A stretch of DNA of 64,000 nt from an uncultured delta proteobacterium. GTDB lineage: Bacteria; Myxococcota_A; Polyangia; Polyangiales; Houyiibacteriaceae. This document shows positions 18,142 to 28,765 of the stretch, in pieces. The stretch is from the NCBI GenBank assembly GCA_963792825.1, contig CAWBXS010000005.1, positions 320,407-384,406 of the forward strand. The letters are read 5' to 3'. The position numbers were made by a program, and so were the translations under genes. The notes under the pieces were generated by a model that saw only the letters and a program-made list of their open reading frames with translations, searched no databases and had not been told where the DNA came from. The stretch's first letter is position 1. The number at the start of each line of letters is the position of its first letter.

Positions 18142-20472
18142 ATGGTCCGGACGTCGATCCTCGTTCTTCTGCTCGTCAGCTCCTTCGGTTGCACCGCTTC
18201 GAACGGCCAGGCCACCGTCGACGACGAGGTGTTCTCGCCCGCCCTATTCGCCGATCCTCCCGCCGCGTTCGGTCCGCAGACCCGGTGGTGGTGGCCGGGA
18301 GGCGCGGTCGAGGACGCAACCCTCGTTGCGCAGCTCCGCGAGTTTGCAGAGCTCGGGTATGGCGCCGTCGAGGTCCAGCCCTTCATGTCTGCGGTCACCA
18401 ACGCGGACCTTCGAAACGATGCCCGCATCCGAACCGTCGGGGATCCCGCGTTTCTCGAGCGACTCCACGCTGCCGCCTGCGCCGCGAACGGGCTCGGGCT
18501 CTCATGGGACCTGACTTTGGGAAGCGGTTGGTCCACCGGAGGCGTGGGCATCGATGACGACGGAGCGAGGCAACTGATCGCAGCGGAGCTCAGCTTGGAC
18601 GGTCCCGCAACCTACAGCGGCCCGCTCCCGGCAGCGGAGCTACCGGAATGGATTGCAGCGACGAACGACATCCTGCCCGCCATCGACGGTTTCGACGAAG
18701 AGCTCGCGCTAGTGTCCGTTCTCGGCGCTGAGATCATCGAAGAGCGTGCAAGCTCGCCCACGACTTTGGGAGAGGTCGTCGACCTGATGGCGCAAGTACA
18801 GGACGGCGCGCTGACGTGGGACGTGCCGGCAGGAGCTCATCGCGTCTTTGCGATCTACGAGAACCGGACGCTTCACTTCCCCGCCGGCGGCGCCTATCCC
18901 GGCGAGCTCGGGGATGCTCGCGTGATCGATCACCTGGATCGCAGGGGCATCGAGGCCTTTCTCGAGTCCGAGTTTGGTGCGTGGCTCGACGCGGTCGCCG
19001 ATTGTCCCCCGCGCGCGGTGTTCGTCGACAGCTTCGAGCTCGTGGCCGAGCTGCCGTGGACGACGGCGTTCGGGGCCCAATTCCGCGCTTCGTTCGGTTA
19101 CGACATCGAGCCGATGCTGCCCTTTCTGTTCTTGGAGGGCGGCGAGTCCGAGTACGTGAACATCGTCCGCGGTCGAGGTGACGCCCGTTATCGTGCCCTC
19201 GATGAACGAGGTCAGCGCGCACGCGAAGACTACGAAGCGTTCCGCAGCACACTCTTCTCTCGGGAGCTCATCGAAACCCTTCATGATTGGTTGCAAGACA
19301 GAGGCATCGCGCTTCGCTTGCAGGCGCATGGGGGATATGCCGACGTGCTCGACGCCTACGGCCTGGCCGACGTGCCCGAGTCGGAGGGCCTGTACGGCGG
19401 AGGCTCTCATGACTTCCTTCGGCTGTCCGCGTCCGCGGCACACGTTGGAGGCCAGCGCTATGTCAGCAGCGAGACCCTCGTGTCAGTCGGCGCGTTGGAG
19501 TTGACCGAAGAAGAGGCGCGCATCGTGATCGGCCGAGCATTCAGCGCCGGAATCAATCGACTCGTGCACCACGGCAACGCCTATCCCTACCTTCACCAAG
19601 ATGGGCAGCGTTGGTTTCCCTTTCACCCGCTCGAGGACAGCGCCTTCACGACGGGACCGCTCGACCTCACGTTCGACATCCACCCCGGTGCCGCGATCTG
19701 GGCGTCGCTCGGAGGACTGAATCGCATGGCGGCCAGGTTGAGCTACGCTCTGAGCCGCGGCTCGGCGGCTGCAGAAGTGGCTTGGCTCTACCCCGAGTGG
19801 GAGGCGAAGAACTTCCCGAATGCCGGTGTCGCGCCCGGCGCGTTCGAGTCCGATGCCAGCAAGGCCCTGCGGCACGCTGGCTTTTCCTACGATCGCATCA
19901 GCCGCGCGGCGCTTGCGTCCTCCACGAGTCGAGACGGCGCGCTTCAAGTGGGCCAAGGTTCCTTCCGAGCCCTCCTCGTCGACGGGATCGACGCTGGGGC
20001 GCCCGAGATGCTCGCAGGTATGGAACGCGCTGCCCAAGCCGGAGTGCCGGTGATTTGGATCGGCGATTTCCCGCAGCGCGCGGACGGACTGGTCGACGCC
20101 CAAACGCGAGACGTGGAGGTCGAGACGCTCGTCGAGAACCTGCGTTCGACCGTGAGCGTCGTAAACTCGGTCGAAGACATCCCAGGAGCCCTCGCCAACG
20201 CGGGAATCACGCCTTCGCTGAGCCCCGTCGACTCGACGGGCCTCCAGATGTCCCTGCTGCGGCGTGTCGTCGAGAACGGCGATGTCTACTTTCTCTTCAA
20301 CGAGAGCTACGAACCGCGCACCGACCGAGCGCTCATCGAGGGAGAATTCCGCGATGCGCGCTTGCTCGATCCGGAGACCGGCGCTCCTCTCCCGACGAGC
20401 CTCGACGGCAACGTCGTGACCGTGACCTTGCAGGGCGCTCGGGGAGCCGTGCTCTGGGTCGATCGAAGCTAG
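18142..20472 (+). CDS. GH106-like (alpha-L-rhamnosidase-type) lipoprotein
   Basis: Lipobox SFGC; PQTRWWWPG, DLTLGSGWSTGG, VDSFEL, QAHG, PESE, AGINRLVHHG. Confidence 0.8.
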   Translation: MVRTSILVLLLVSSFGCTASNGQATVDDEVFSPALFADPPAAFGPQTRWWWPGGAVEDATLVAQLREFAELGYGAVEVQPFMSAVTNADLRNDARIRTVGDPAFLERLHAAACAANGLGLSWDLTLGSGWSTGGVGIDDDGARQLIAAELSLDGPATYSGPLPAAELPEWIAATNDILPAIDGFDEELALVSVLGAEIIEERASSPTTLGEVVDLMAQVQDGALTWDVPAGAHRVFAIYENRTLHFPAGGAYPGELGDARVIDHLDRRGIEAFLESEFGAWLDAVADCPPRAVFVDSFELVAELPWTTAFGAQFRASFGYDIEPMLPFLFLEGGESEYVNIVRGRGDARYRALDERGQRAREDYEAFRSTLFSRELIETLHDWLQDRGIALRLQAHGGYADVLDAYGLADVPESEGLYGGGSHDFLRLSASAAHVGGQRYVSSETLVSVGALELTEEEARIVIGRAFSAGINRLVHHGNAYPYLHQDGQRWFPFHPLEDSAFTTGPLDLTFDIHPGAAIWASLGGLNRMAARLSYALSRGSAAAEVAWLYPEWEAKNFPNAGVAPGAFESDASKALRHAGFSYDRISRAALASSTSRDGALQVGQGSFRALLVDGIDAGAPEMLAGMERAAQAGVPVIWIGDFPQRADGLVDAQTRDVEVETLVENLRSTVSVVNSVEDIPGALANAGITPSLSPVDSTGLQMSLLRRVVENGDVYFLFNESYEPRTDRALIEGEFRDARLLDPETGAPLPTSLDGNVVTVTLQGARGAVLWVDRS

Positions 20473-20492
20473 GCGAAGCGGGCGCCACCCGG

Positions 20493-21452
20493 CTATTCGG
20501 CGATGCGAACCGCGATCTTGCCGCGCACGCTGCCGGACGCGAGGGTCGAGAGCGCGGTGGTGATCTTGGACAGCGGGAACGTGTGCTCCACCGAAGCCTC
20601 GAGCTTGCCGGCGACGAGCCAAGTCGCGAGCTGATCGAGGTCGGCTGAACGCGACTGCACGGTGATGACACTGCATCGCTTGCTCGAAAAGAGGCTGGAG
20701 AGTATTCCAGCGAAAAGCGCAGCAGATGGCAGAAGCGTGACATACGCCCCACCCTGGTTGAGCAGCGCTTTGGCCTCTCCAAACGAAGACGTCGCGGCCG
20801 CGTCGAGAAACACGTCGAATGTCTCGTTCAACGTCGAAAGCGGGGTCTGCCGGTAGTCGATCACGCGTTCGGCTCCGAGCTTCCTCACGAAGTCGGCCTT
20901 GGCCGCGCTGGCCGTCCCGATGACCTCCGCGCCGAGCGCCGCAGCAATCTGAACCGCATGGCTACCCACGCCCCCCGATGCGCCGTTGATCAGCGCGCGC
21001 TGGCCAGGCTGGAGGCGTCCTTTGTCTCGAAGGCCTTGAAGCGCGGAGCATCCGACCGTCGCCGTGGCCGCGGCATCCTCGTGTGACACGCCCGGCGGCT
21101 TGCTCCCGACGCTCTCGGGTTTGACCGCCACGAGCTCGGCGAAGCTACCTTGCTTGGTCCACGGAGAATAGGGGAGGAAGCCAAACACCTCGTCGCCTAC
21201 CGAACGCACACCCACGTTCGCGCCGACAGCCTCGATCACGCCAGAAAAGTCGAAGCCGAAGGCCGTCGGAAAGTTTTTGGCGTGCAGGAAGGCGCCGCCC
21301 TCCTTGCCGCTGACCACCTTGAGGTCGGCCGGATTGACCGCCGATGCAACGACCCGAACCAGAATCGCATCGGCGGTCAGCTTGGGTGGGTCGAGCTCGC
21401 CGACCCGCACGCTCTCGATCGATCCATTCCTCTCCAGGATAGCCGCCCGCAT
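20493..21452 (-). CDS. NAD(P)-dependent quinone oxidoreductase / MDR family
   Basis: AVNPAD, GFDFSG, INGASGGVGSHAVQIA, GKIAV. Confidence 0.9.
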   Translation of the reverse strand: MRAAILERNGSIESVRVGELDPPKLTADAILVRVVASAVNPADLKVVSGKEGGAFLHAKNFPTAFGFDFSGVIEAVGANVGVRSVGDEVFGFLPYSPWTKQGSFAELVAVKPESVGSKPPGVSHEDAAATATVGCSALQGLRDKGRLQPGQRALINGASGGVGSHAVQIAAALGAEVIGTASAAKADFVRKLGAERVIDYRQTPLSTLNETFDVFLDAAATSSFGEAKALLNQGGAYVTLLPSAALFAGILSSLFSSKRCSVITVQSRSADLDQLATWLVAGKLEASVEHTFPLSKITTALSTLASGSVRGKIAVRIAE

Positions 21453-21598
21453 TCGATTCTCCCTTGCTCGACAGCCGTTTCTACCACTGCAGTGCTGCAA
21501 CTGCACCCGGTTCGCGCGATTTCGGTCTCTGCAAGTAAACTCTTCCGTTTGGCGTGGTGGCGCGTTACCTTCTCCGTCGGCTTTAGGGAAGGAGTCCC

Positions 21599-22612
21599 AT
21601 GACAAACGTCTGCGTTCTTGGAGCAGGGGCCTTCGGCACTGCCCTCGCACTGCACTGCAACGAATCGGCTCACCGCACGCGCGTATGGGCGTACGACGAG
21701 GGGCTTCCAGAGCGCGTCGCCGCCGAGGGCGAGAACGCCTTGTACCTACCCGGCTTCGCCGTGCCGCCCGAGGTTATCTTCACGAACGACATGGCGGAAG
21801 CACTGGAGGGCGCGGAGCTCGTATTGCTGGTGGTTCCCTCGGGGTTCATGCGCTCCGTCACGACGCAGGCTGCACCGCATTTGCCCCGCGAGGCGCTCAT
21901 CACATCGACGGCGAAGGGCATCGAGCAAGACAGCCTCGCGTTGATGAGCGAGGTCCTCGAGCAGACACTGCCCCATCATGCGCCGAGCGCTACGTATCTC
22001 TCGGGCCCGAGCTTTGCCAAGGACCTCGCATCCCATCTGCCGGCGGACATTTCCCTTGCCGCGGCCGACATCGGCGTCGCGCGCCGCGTCCAGGCGATCC
22101 TTCATTCGCCGCATTTTCGAGTGTACTCCAGCGACGATGTGATCGGTGTCCAGCTCGGAGGGGCGCTCAAGAACGTCATCGCGGTCGCCTGCGGGGTCGC
22201 ATTTGGTCTCGGCCTCGGCGCCTCTGCGTTGGCGTCGGTGATGACCCGCGGCCTCTCCGAGATCGTGCGCCTGGGCGTAGCACTCGGCGCCAAGCCCCTC
22301 ACGTTCTTGGGCCTGGCCGGCGTCGGGGACCTGACGCTCACCTGCCACGGCGAGCTCTCCCGCAATCGGCAGCTCGGTCAGCAACTGGCGACCGGGAAGA
22401 GCGCGCGTGAAATCGTGTCATCCCAGAAGGCCGTGGCCGAGGGTTATCGAACGGCGGCTGCAGTTCACGCACTTGCAGCACGGTTCAAAGTCGACATGCC
22501 GATCTGCGAGGCCGTTTACAGCGTCTGCCACGAAGGAGCATCGCTGAGCGAGGAGGCCACCCGGCTCATGAGCCGCGAGCCAAAAGACGAGTTCGCGGGG
22601 ATCTTCGACTAG
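21599..22612 (+). CDS. gpsA: NAD(P)H-dependent glycerol-3-phosphate dehydrogenase
   Basis: VLGAGAFGTALA, KGIE, LSGPSFA, GGALKNVIA, GVGDLTLTC..SRN, AEG. Confidence 0.95.
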   Translation: MTNVCVLGAGAFGTALALHCNESAHRTRVWAYDEGLPERVAAEGENALYLPGFAVPPEVIFTNDMAEALEGAELVLLVVPSGFMRSVTTQAAPHLPREALITSTAKGIEQDSLALMSEVLEQTLPHHAPSATYLSGPSFAKDLASHLPADISLAAADIGVARRVQAILHSPHFRVYSSDDVIGVQLGGALKNVIAVACGVAFGLGLGASALASVMTRGLSEIVRLGVALGAKPLTFLGLAGVGDLTLTCHGELSRNRQLGQQLATGKSAREIVSSQKAVAEGYRTAAAVHALAARFKVDMPICEAVYSVCHEGASLSEEATRLMSREPKDEFAGIFD

Positions 22613-23391
22613 CCGTATTTTCGTTCGTGCGCCTTCAGCGTACGGTCGACTTTCCGAAGCGCCGTGACGATGCGCTCGTGGATCGACGCCCCACGATTCT
22701 TCTTCGCCGTGAGCGCGGCGGTGTGGGCTGCACACAGGTTCTCGGCATCACGCCAGCGGTTCGCCAGCCCTTCGGCCCAGCCCCGGAAATCCTGGGCGGC
22801 GCCCGCTCGTTTTTGCAAAGCCTTGCCGAGCGTGGGGTGAAAGCTCGTCACATCCGGCCGCCCGAGCCACCGTGCAACCTTCGGCAGACGGATGTACATC
22901 ACGGTGTCGTCGACATGGATCGTCTTCGATCTCCGATGAAGAGCAAGCACCGACGAAAAGTGTACGTTCTCGTCGGCAGAGATGAAATCGACGCCGCGCG
23001 GGACCGAGAACTCGAAGTCGTCGGCAAACATCGCGTGCAGCTCCGGGTCCTCGCTGCGAGCCGCCTCCCAGGGAAGCTCCGGGAAGCGAGACAGATGACG
23101 GGCCGTGCCGTAGAGCTTAGCCCGCGGAAAGCTCTCCCGCATTTTCCTGACGTGAACGGTGTGAAACGGGTGGAGATTCAAGATTGCCTCGACGTTACGG
23201 CCCTGATCGGTCAGCTGACGGACTTCCCGCTCGACGTCACCCGTGAGCGTATAAGAATCTAGAAACACGAACCCGCCGCTGCCTCTTTGGACCAACGAGA
23301 CCTGTGTTCCAACATCGATGACGCCGCCAATCTTGAACGACCCTCGAATGTTCCAGAAGCCGTCTGCGATTCGGAGCAGGTGTGGGTCCAT
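22609..23391 (-). CDS. Conserved hypothetical protein (MBL-like/DUF4336-like)
   Basis: NLHPFHTVH, IHVDDT, CAAH motifs. Confidence 0.7.
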   Translation of the reverse strand: MDPHLLRIADGFWNIRGSFKIGGVIDVGTQVSLVQRGSGGFVFLDSYTLTGDVEREVRQLTDQGRNVEAILNLHPFHTVHVRKMRESFPRAKLYGTARHLSRFPELPWEAARSEDPELHAMFADDFEFSVPRGVDFISADENVHFSSVLALHRRSKTIHVDDTVMYIRLPKVARWLGRPDVTSFHPTLGKALQKRAGAAQDFRGWAEGLANRWRDAENLCAAHTAALTAKKNRGASIHERIVTALRKVDRTLKAHERKYG

Positions 23392-23507
23392 CGCTCGCTA
23401 TCCTACCGGAGCCCGGACGAAGGGGCCACGGACCATTTGGGCGCAATCGGGAGCTCGCATCGACGGCCATGCTGAGATAGGCTCCGTACACGCAAGGCGG
23501 CACGCTC

Positions 23508-23975
23508 ATGCCGAATACGATCTTTTTCACGCTCAACGGTAAATCCGTCCGTCTGGAGGCGGATGAAAACCGAAGGCTGCTCTGGGTGCTTCGTACGGAG
23601 CTGGCGCTCACCGGCCCGAAGCCGAGCTGCGCACGCGGCTTGTGCGGCGCCTGCACGGTCCTCGTCGACGACCGCCCGGTTCGCTCGTGCATGACGACGG
23701 TCGGCACCGTTCGGGGCCGAAAGGTCGTCACCATCGAGGGCCTCGCAAGAGATGGCGTCCTGCACCCGCTCCAAAAAGCGTTCATCGAACACGACGCCCT
23801 GCAGTGCGGGTTTTGCACGCCAGGCATGATTCTCACCGCTTATGGGCTGCTTCGCGAAAAGCCGAGGCCCTCGCGCGAAGAGGTCATCCAAGGCATGGAC
23901 CGCAACCTCTGCCGCTGCGGCGCACACACGCGCATCCTCGACGCGATTCAGTCCGCCTCCAAGGACATGGAGTAG
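23508..23975 (+). CDS. (2Fe-2S) small subunit of Mo-hydroxylase (IorA/CoxS-like)
   Basis: C.RG.CGACTV, QCGFCTPG, NLCRCG. Confidence 0.93.
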   Translation: MPNTIFFTLNGKSVRLEADENRRLLWVLRTELALTGPKPSCARGLCGACTVLVDDRPVRSCMTTVGTVRGRKVVTIEGLARDGVLHPLQKAFIEHDALQCGFCTPGMILTAYGLLREKPRPSREEVIQGMDRNLCRCGAHTRILDAIQSASKDME

Positions 23976-23990
23976 AGGGACGCGGACGGC

Positions 23991-26156
23991 ATGGACATCA
24001 GCGACGACCTGACGCCGAGCTTCGAGGGAACCCAGGCCGGTGATGTCTTCGATGCGCACTCGCGCCGGACGTTTCTCAAGCGTATCGGCGGCGGCATCGC
24101 GGTGTTCGTCACGTTCGGAGGCAAGCTGGTGATGGTCGAGCCGGCCCGGGCCCGGGCTCGCGAGGCACCGAGTGACTTCAACGCATTCTTGAGAATCGCG
24201 GAGGACGGCCGCGTCACCTGTCTGACGGGCAAGATCGAGATGGGGCAGGGTCCGATCACCTCGCTTGCCCAAATGCTCGCCGACGAGCTCGACGTCCCTT
24301 ACGAACGGGTGGAGATGCTCATGGGCGACACGGATCTGTGTCCCTGGGACATGGGGACCTGGGGGTCGCTGACTACCCGTGCGTTCGGTCCGCTTCTGCG
24401 TGCCGCAGCGGCCGAGGCACGGAGCATTCTCCTCGAGCTTGCATCGGACTCGCTCGGGGTTCCTGCATCGCGCCTCGAAGCCAAAGATGGGGTGATCTTC
24501 GACCCGCGGAACGAGAAGCGAAGCATCACCTACGGCGCGCTCGCGAAAGGAAAGCGTATCGCGCGCGCGCTGACCGTAAAGCCCGAGCTCAAAGACGTTT
24601 CGCAGTTCCGCATCATGGGTCAGCCTAAGCTACGCCGGGACTCTTTGGAGAAGGTCACCGGTCGAGCGAAGTACGCGGCGGACATCCGCCTGCCGAACAT
24701 GCTCTACGCAAAGCTCCTGCGGCCGCCGGCGCACGGCGCGAAGCTGAAGAAGGTCGACGCCTCCGGCGCGCGCAAGGTGGCCGGAGCAACAGTCGTCGAG
24801 GATGGAGACCTCATCGCGGTGCTCCACCCGCTGCCCGATCTGGCTCAGGAGGCGCTCGGTCGGATCCATGCAGAGTTCGACGTGCCCCAGGCGACGGTGA
24901 ACGACGCGAACATCCACGAGCATCTCGAGAGCGTCGCTCCAAGAGGCGGCGCGGAGACCCAGCGCGGCAACCTCGCCAAAGGTCGCAAGCTTTCGAAGCG
25001 CGTGTTCGAGACGACTTACTTCGACGGCTACGTCGCCCATGCACCGATGGAGACCCACGCAGCGCTCGCTCACATCGAGGGCGGCCATTGCACGGTGTGG
25101 GCCTCGACGCAGAACCCATTTGGGGCGCGCGATCAAATCGCGGCCGCGATCGGGTTCCGGGCACCCAACGTGCGCGTCATCACGCCGTTCGTCGGCGGGG
25201 GATTTGGCGGCAAGAGCAGCAACATGCAGGCAGTCGAGGCTGCACGCCTTGCCAAGGCCGTCGGGCGGCCTGTACAGGTGATGCGCACGCGCGAGGAGGA
25301 GTTCTTCTACGATACGTTTCGCCCCGCTGCGATCGTCCACGTTGCCTCGGGCATCGACGGCTCGGGCCGGATGACGTTCTGGGACTACGAGGTTCTCTTC
25401 GCGGGGCAACGCGGCTCCGAGCTGTTCTACGAAGTCCCTCATCATCGCGAGATTGCGCGACCGCCTGGCCCGAGAGGCGGTCCGGGAACGCATCCTTTTG
25501 CAACTGGGGCGTGGCGCGCACCAGGGAACAACACCAACACGTTCGCTCGCGAATCGCAGATCGACGTCATGGCGGCTGCTGCGGGCACAGACCCGGTCGA
25601 CTTCCGCCTGAAGCATCTCACGGATACGAGAATGATCGGCGTCTTGAAAGCCGCAGCCCAACGCTTCGGGTGGCCGCGGGCGGCCACGCCGAGCAAGCGA
25701 GGTCGCGGTGTTGCGTGCGGCATCGATGCCGGAACCTACGTGGCAGCGATGGCCGAGGTCGCAGTCGACGCGCGCACCGGCACGGTCGACGTGAAGCGAG
25801 TCGTGTGCGCTCAGGAAATGGGGATCGTGATCAATCCCCAAGGCGCGACCCTTCAAATGGAAGGCTGCGTCACGATGGGTCTCGGCTACGCCCTCTCCGA
25901 AGAGGTCCACTTCCGTGGCGGGGAAATTCTCGATACGAATTTCGACCGTTACGAAATCCCACGCTTTTCGACACTACCGAAGATCGATACGGTGATCGTC
26001 GAAGCCAACGACATTCCGCCGCAAGGGGGCGGAGAGCCAGCCATCGTCGTCATGGGCGCAGTCATCGCGAACGCGATCCACGACGCCACCGGCGCGCGCC
26101 CGGTGCGCATGCCCATGACCCCGGCTCGGCTCAAGGCCGCCATGCAAGAGGCGTAG
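23991..26156 (+). CDS. Molybdopterin-binding large subunit (IorB-like) with Tat signal
   Basis: SRRTFLK, EMGQG, HAPME, GGGFGGK, WRAPG, GGGEP. Confidence 0.92.
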   Translation: MDISDDLTPSFEGTQAGDVFDAHSRRTFLKRIGGGIAVFVTFGGKLVMVEPARARAREAPSDFNAFLRIAEDGRVTCLTGKIEMGQGPITSLAQMLADELDVPYERVEMLMGDTDLCPWDMGTWGSLTTRAFGPLLRAAAAEARSILLELASDSLGVPASRLEAKDGVIFDPRNEKRSITYGALAKGKRIARALTVKPELKDVSQFRIMGQPKLRRDSLEKVTGRAKYAADIRLPNMLYAKLLRPPAHGAKLKKVDASGARKVAGATVVEDGDLIAVLHPLPDLAQEALGRIHAEFDVPQATVNDANIHEHLESVAPRGGAETQRGNLAKGRKLSKRVFETTYFDGYVAHAPMETHAALAHIEGGHCTVWASTQNPFGARDQIAAAIGFRAPNVRVITPFVGGGFGGKSSNMQAVEAARLAKAVGRPVQVMRTREEEFFYDTFRPAAIVHVASGIDGSGRMTFWDYEVLFAGQRGSELFYEVPHHREIARPPGPRGGPGTHPFATGAWRAPGNNTNTFARESQIDVMAAAAGTDPVDFRLKHLTDTRMIGVLKAAAQRFGWPRAATPSKRGRGVACGIDAGTYVAAMAEVAVDARTGTVDVKRVVCAQEMGIVINPQGATLQMEGCVTMGLGYALSEEVHFRGGEILDTNFDRYEIPRFSTLPKIDTVIVEANDIPPQGGGEPAIVVMGAVIANAIHDATGARPVRMPMTPARLKAAMQEA

Positions 26157-26160
26157 GGTG

Positions 26161-26775
26161 ATGCGGAACGCCGCCTACCCAACCGTTCTACTCGGGGCAG
26201 TTCTGTTGCTTCTCGGTTGGTCTGCAATCGTGCCGCACGACCGGTTCACTTGGTTTCTCGAAGTCGCGCCCGTCTTGATCGGAGCCCCGGTCTTGCTCGG
26301 TACGTATGCCCGCTTTCGGTTGACCCCGCTGCTCTACACGCTACTGGCGATCCATGCGGGGGTGCTGATCGTGGGAGGTCACTACACCTACGCGGAGGTT
26401 CCCCTCGGATTCTGGGCTCAGGACGCGTTCGGCTTCGCGCGCAATCACTACGATCGCATCGGCCACTTCGCCCAAGGGTTCGTCCCCGCGATCCTCGCTC
26501 GCGAGCTCCTGCTGCGACTGACCCCGCTTCGAGTCGGTAACTGGCTTTTCTTTCTCGTCCTCTGCGTCTGCCTCGCATTCAGCGCTTTTTACGAGCTCGT
26601 CGAATGGTGGGTCGCTGCCGCGACCGGCTCTGCCGCGGAAGCGTTTCTTGGAACACAGGGTGACCCCTGGGACACTCAGTGGGATATGTTTCTCGCGCTC
26701 ATCGGCGCGACGACCGCTCAGCTTCTATTGTCGCGGCTACACGATCGGCAGTTGGCTGAGCTCGTCGCTCACTGA
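26161..26775 (+). CDS. DUF2238/YjdF-like inner membrane protein
   Basis: TWFLEV, GGHYTYAEVP, RNHYDRIGH, FLGTQGDPWDTQWDM. Confidence 0.9.
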   Translation: MRNAAYPTVLLGAVLLLLGWSAIVPHDRFTWFLEVAPVLIGAPVLLGTYARFRLTPLLYTLLAIHAGVLIVGGHYTYAEVPLGFWAQDAFGFARNHYDRIGHFAQGFVPAILARELLLRLTPLRVGNWLFFLVLCVCLAFSAFYELVEWWVAAATGSAAEAFLGTQGDPWDTQWDMFLALIGATTAQLLLSRLHDRQLAELVAH

Positions 26776-26810
26776 GTCCGAATCGGAACCGCGGCCCGGC
26801 AAAGGTCGGC

Positions 26811-27314
26811 TCAGACGCCGAACGCCTTCAGAAGGGCCCGGTCTCGGAGCCGATCGGGCAGCATCCTCAGAAACTTCCGCTGACCCGCGCCCGTACCCAT
26901 GACGTAACGCGTCTTGGGCTTTGGAGATTCGAGCGCATGAATGACGGCGTCGAGAACGACTTTGGGATCGGCCGCGGTGTCCTGGCCCTCCTGCGCGAAC
27001 TTCCGAATCCCTGCAACGAAACGGCCGTAGCGCTCCTCGAAACCAGGTGGCGCATCGCTGATCATCTCCTCTGCGCCCTCGCGGCCCTTAACCGGTCGTG
27101 ATGATGCGACCTTTGGACTCGAGAATCATGGGGAGGAATGCCTAGGTCACCGCGAGTTGTCCGACGCAGTTGACCTCGACCTGCCAGCGCTCGCATCTTC
27201 TGGCCTACGAACGCCCGCAAACACGGTGTACCCACGCTTCGCCAGCCCCACGGCGCAGGCGGCTCCGATTCCCGTCGACGCGCCGGTGATGACCACGATT
27301 CCTCTATCTGCCAT
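26811..27314 (-). pseudogene. Decayed short-chain dehydrogenase (SDR)
   Basis: MADRGIVVITGASTGIG start; frameshift into EVNCVGQLAVT*AFLPM with an in-frame TAG; then the C-terminus ALESPKPKTRY. Catalytic YxxxK region absent; 504 bp total. Confidence 0.85.
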
Positions 27315-28674
27315 CGGCTTCTACCTTCTGGGATGGCGCGCTGAGATGCTCTGGCTGCCGCCGCGCCCGTGCCCTCTTGCGTCCACGTTTCCATTCCTTG
27401 GCGAGGTCGTGTGCGTAGAGCACGTGATCGACTTGCATCGTGTGGCGCGTCGATTTGACGTAGTGTGCCATCATGCGTGCCTCGTCTTTTTGGATCGCCG
27501 CTTCCATTTCCTCTCGCGAAGGCAAGGCGTACTCTCCGGCGAGATACGCCGCAACCCACGCCGCCTGGTCCTGCACGAACCCGATGATGCTCGGAATCGC
27601 CTGCGCGAATCCGACGAACATCAGATTGTCGAGGCCCGGGACGAAGACACGCTTGAAGAGCGGAAGCACGTTGTCGGGCGCGGACAAGAACGCCGGGTCG
27701 AAGAACGGAAACGAGATGTTGTAGCCGGTCGCGTAGATGATCGCATCGAAAGGCTCTACGCTCCCATCGACGAACTTCACCCGATCGCCCTGAAGCTCTT
27801 CCACGTTCGGCTTCACCGTGATGTCACCGTTTCCCACGCGCTGGAGCAGGTCGCTCGAGACGGTCGGATGCGCGGTCAGGATTTCGTGGTCCGGGGTGGG
27901 CAGTCCGTAGCTCTCGACCTTCCCGACCAGCACTCGCACGAGAAGCGCCGCGGCCTTCCGCTGCAGCGAAAGCGGGATGTACGGATTGGTTTCGACGATT
28001 TGATCGATCGGCTTGCCGAGAAGGTATTTCGGCACGACGTGCGCGCCGCGCCGGGTCGACAGGACCAGCTTCTCGGCGAGCCCCCGATTGCTGAGCTCGG
28101 AGGCGATGTCGACGGCGCTGTTTCCGATGCCAACCACCAACACGCGCTTGCCTTTCAAGCTCAGCGGCTCGAAGGGATCGATGTACTGATGAGAGTGAAT
28201 GACCGGTCCATCGAACCGACCCGGAAAGTCGGGCCACTTCGGATCCCAGTGGTGACCCGTCGCCACGACGAGGTGATCGTAGTGCAGCACCTCGTCGTCG
28301 AGCTCGATGCGCCAAGTACCGCCCTGCGTGCGCTCGGCCTTGCGGACCGGGGTCTCGAAGCGAATGGCATCGCGGAGCCCGAAGTGGTCGACGATGCCTT
28401 CGAAGTACTGGCGAAGGTGCGTGTGGTGGCAAAACGTCGGGTAGTTGGCGGGCATCGGGAAGCCCTCGAACTCGAGCTTCTTCTTGGAAGTGTCGATGTG
28501 CAGCGAGCGATAGGCGGAGGACATCCCGTTCGGATTTTCGAACACCCAGTTGCCGCCGAGCACCGGCGAAGCTTCGAAGCAGTCATAGGCCACGCCTTTT
28601 TCCTTCAAAGCGCGACCCGTGGCGATGCCGGAGATGCCGGCACCGATGATGCAGACGCTCGGGGAGCTCGTCAT
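27304..28674 (-). CDS. Flavin-containing monooxygenase (FMO class B)
   Basis: GAGISG, ATGHHWDP, FDGPVIHSHQY (FxGxxxHxxxY), GIGNSAVD, ATGY. Confidence 0.93.
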   Translation of the reverse strand: MTSSPSVCIIGAGISGIATGRALKEKGVAYDCFEASPVLGGNWVFENPNGMSSAYRSLHIDTSKKKLEFEGFPMPANYPTFCHHTHLRQYFEGIVDHFGLRDAIRFETPVRKAERTQGGTWRIELDDEVLHYDHLVVATGHHWDPKWPDFPGRFDGPVIHSHQYIDPFEPLSLKGKRVLVVGIGNSAVDIASELSNRGLAEKLVLSTRRGAHVVPKYLLGKPIDQIVETNPYIPLSLQRKAAALLVRVLVGKVESYGLPTPDHEILTAHPTVSSDLLQRVGNGDITVKPNVEELQGDRVKFVDGSVEPFDAIIYATGYNISFPFFDPAFLSAPDNVLPLFKRVFVPGLDNLMFVGFAQAIPSIIGFVQDQAAWVAAYLAGEYALPSREEMEAAIQKDEARMMAHYVKSTRHTMQVDHVLYAHDLAKEWKRGRKRARARRQPEHLSAPSQKVEADGR

Positions 28675-28765
28675 GGGCTGATCATAGGCTCAAATGCCGG
28701 TTCTTGCCGCGGCGAAAGTGCCCTAGAAGCACGAGTGTGGGATAGTTGTGCCCAAGGAGGACACT

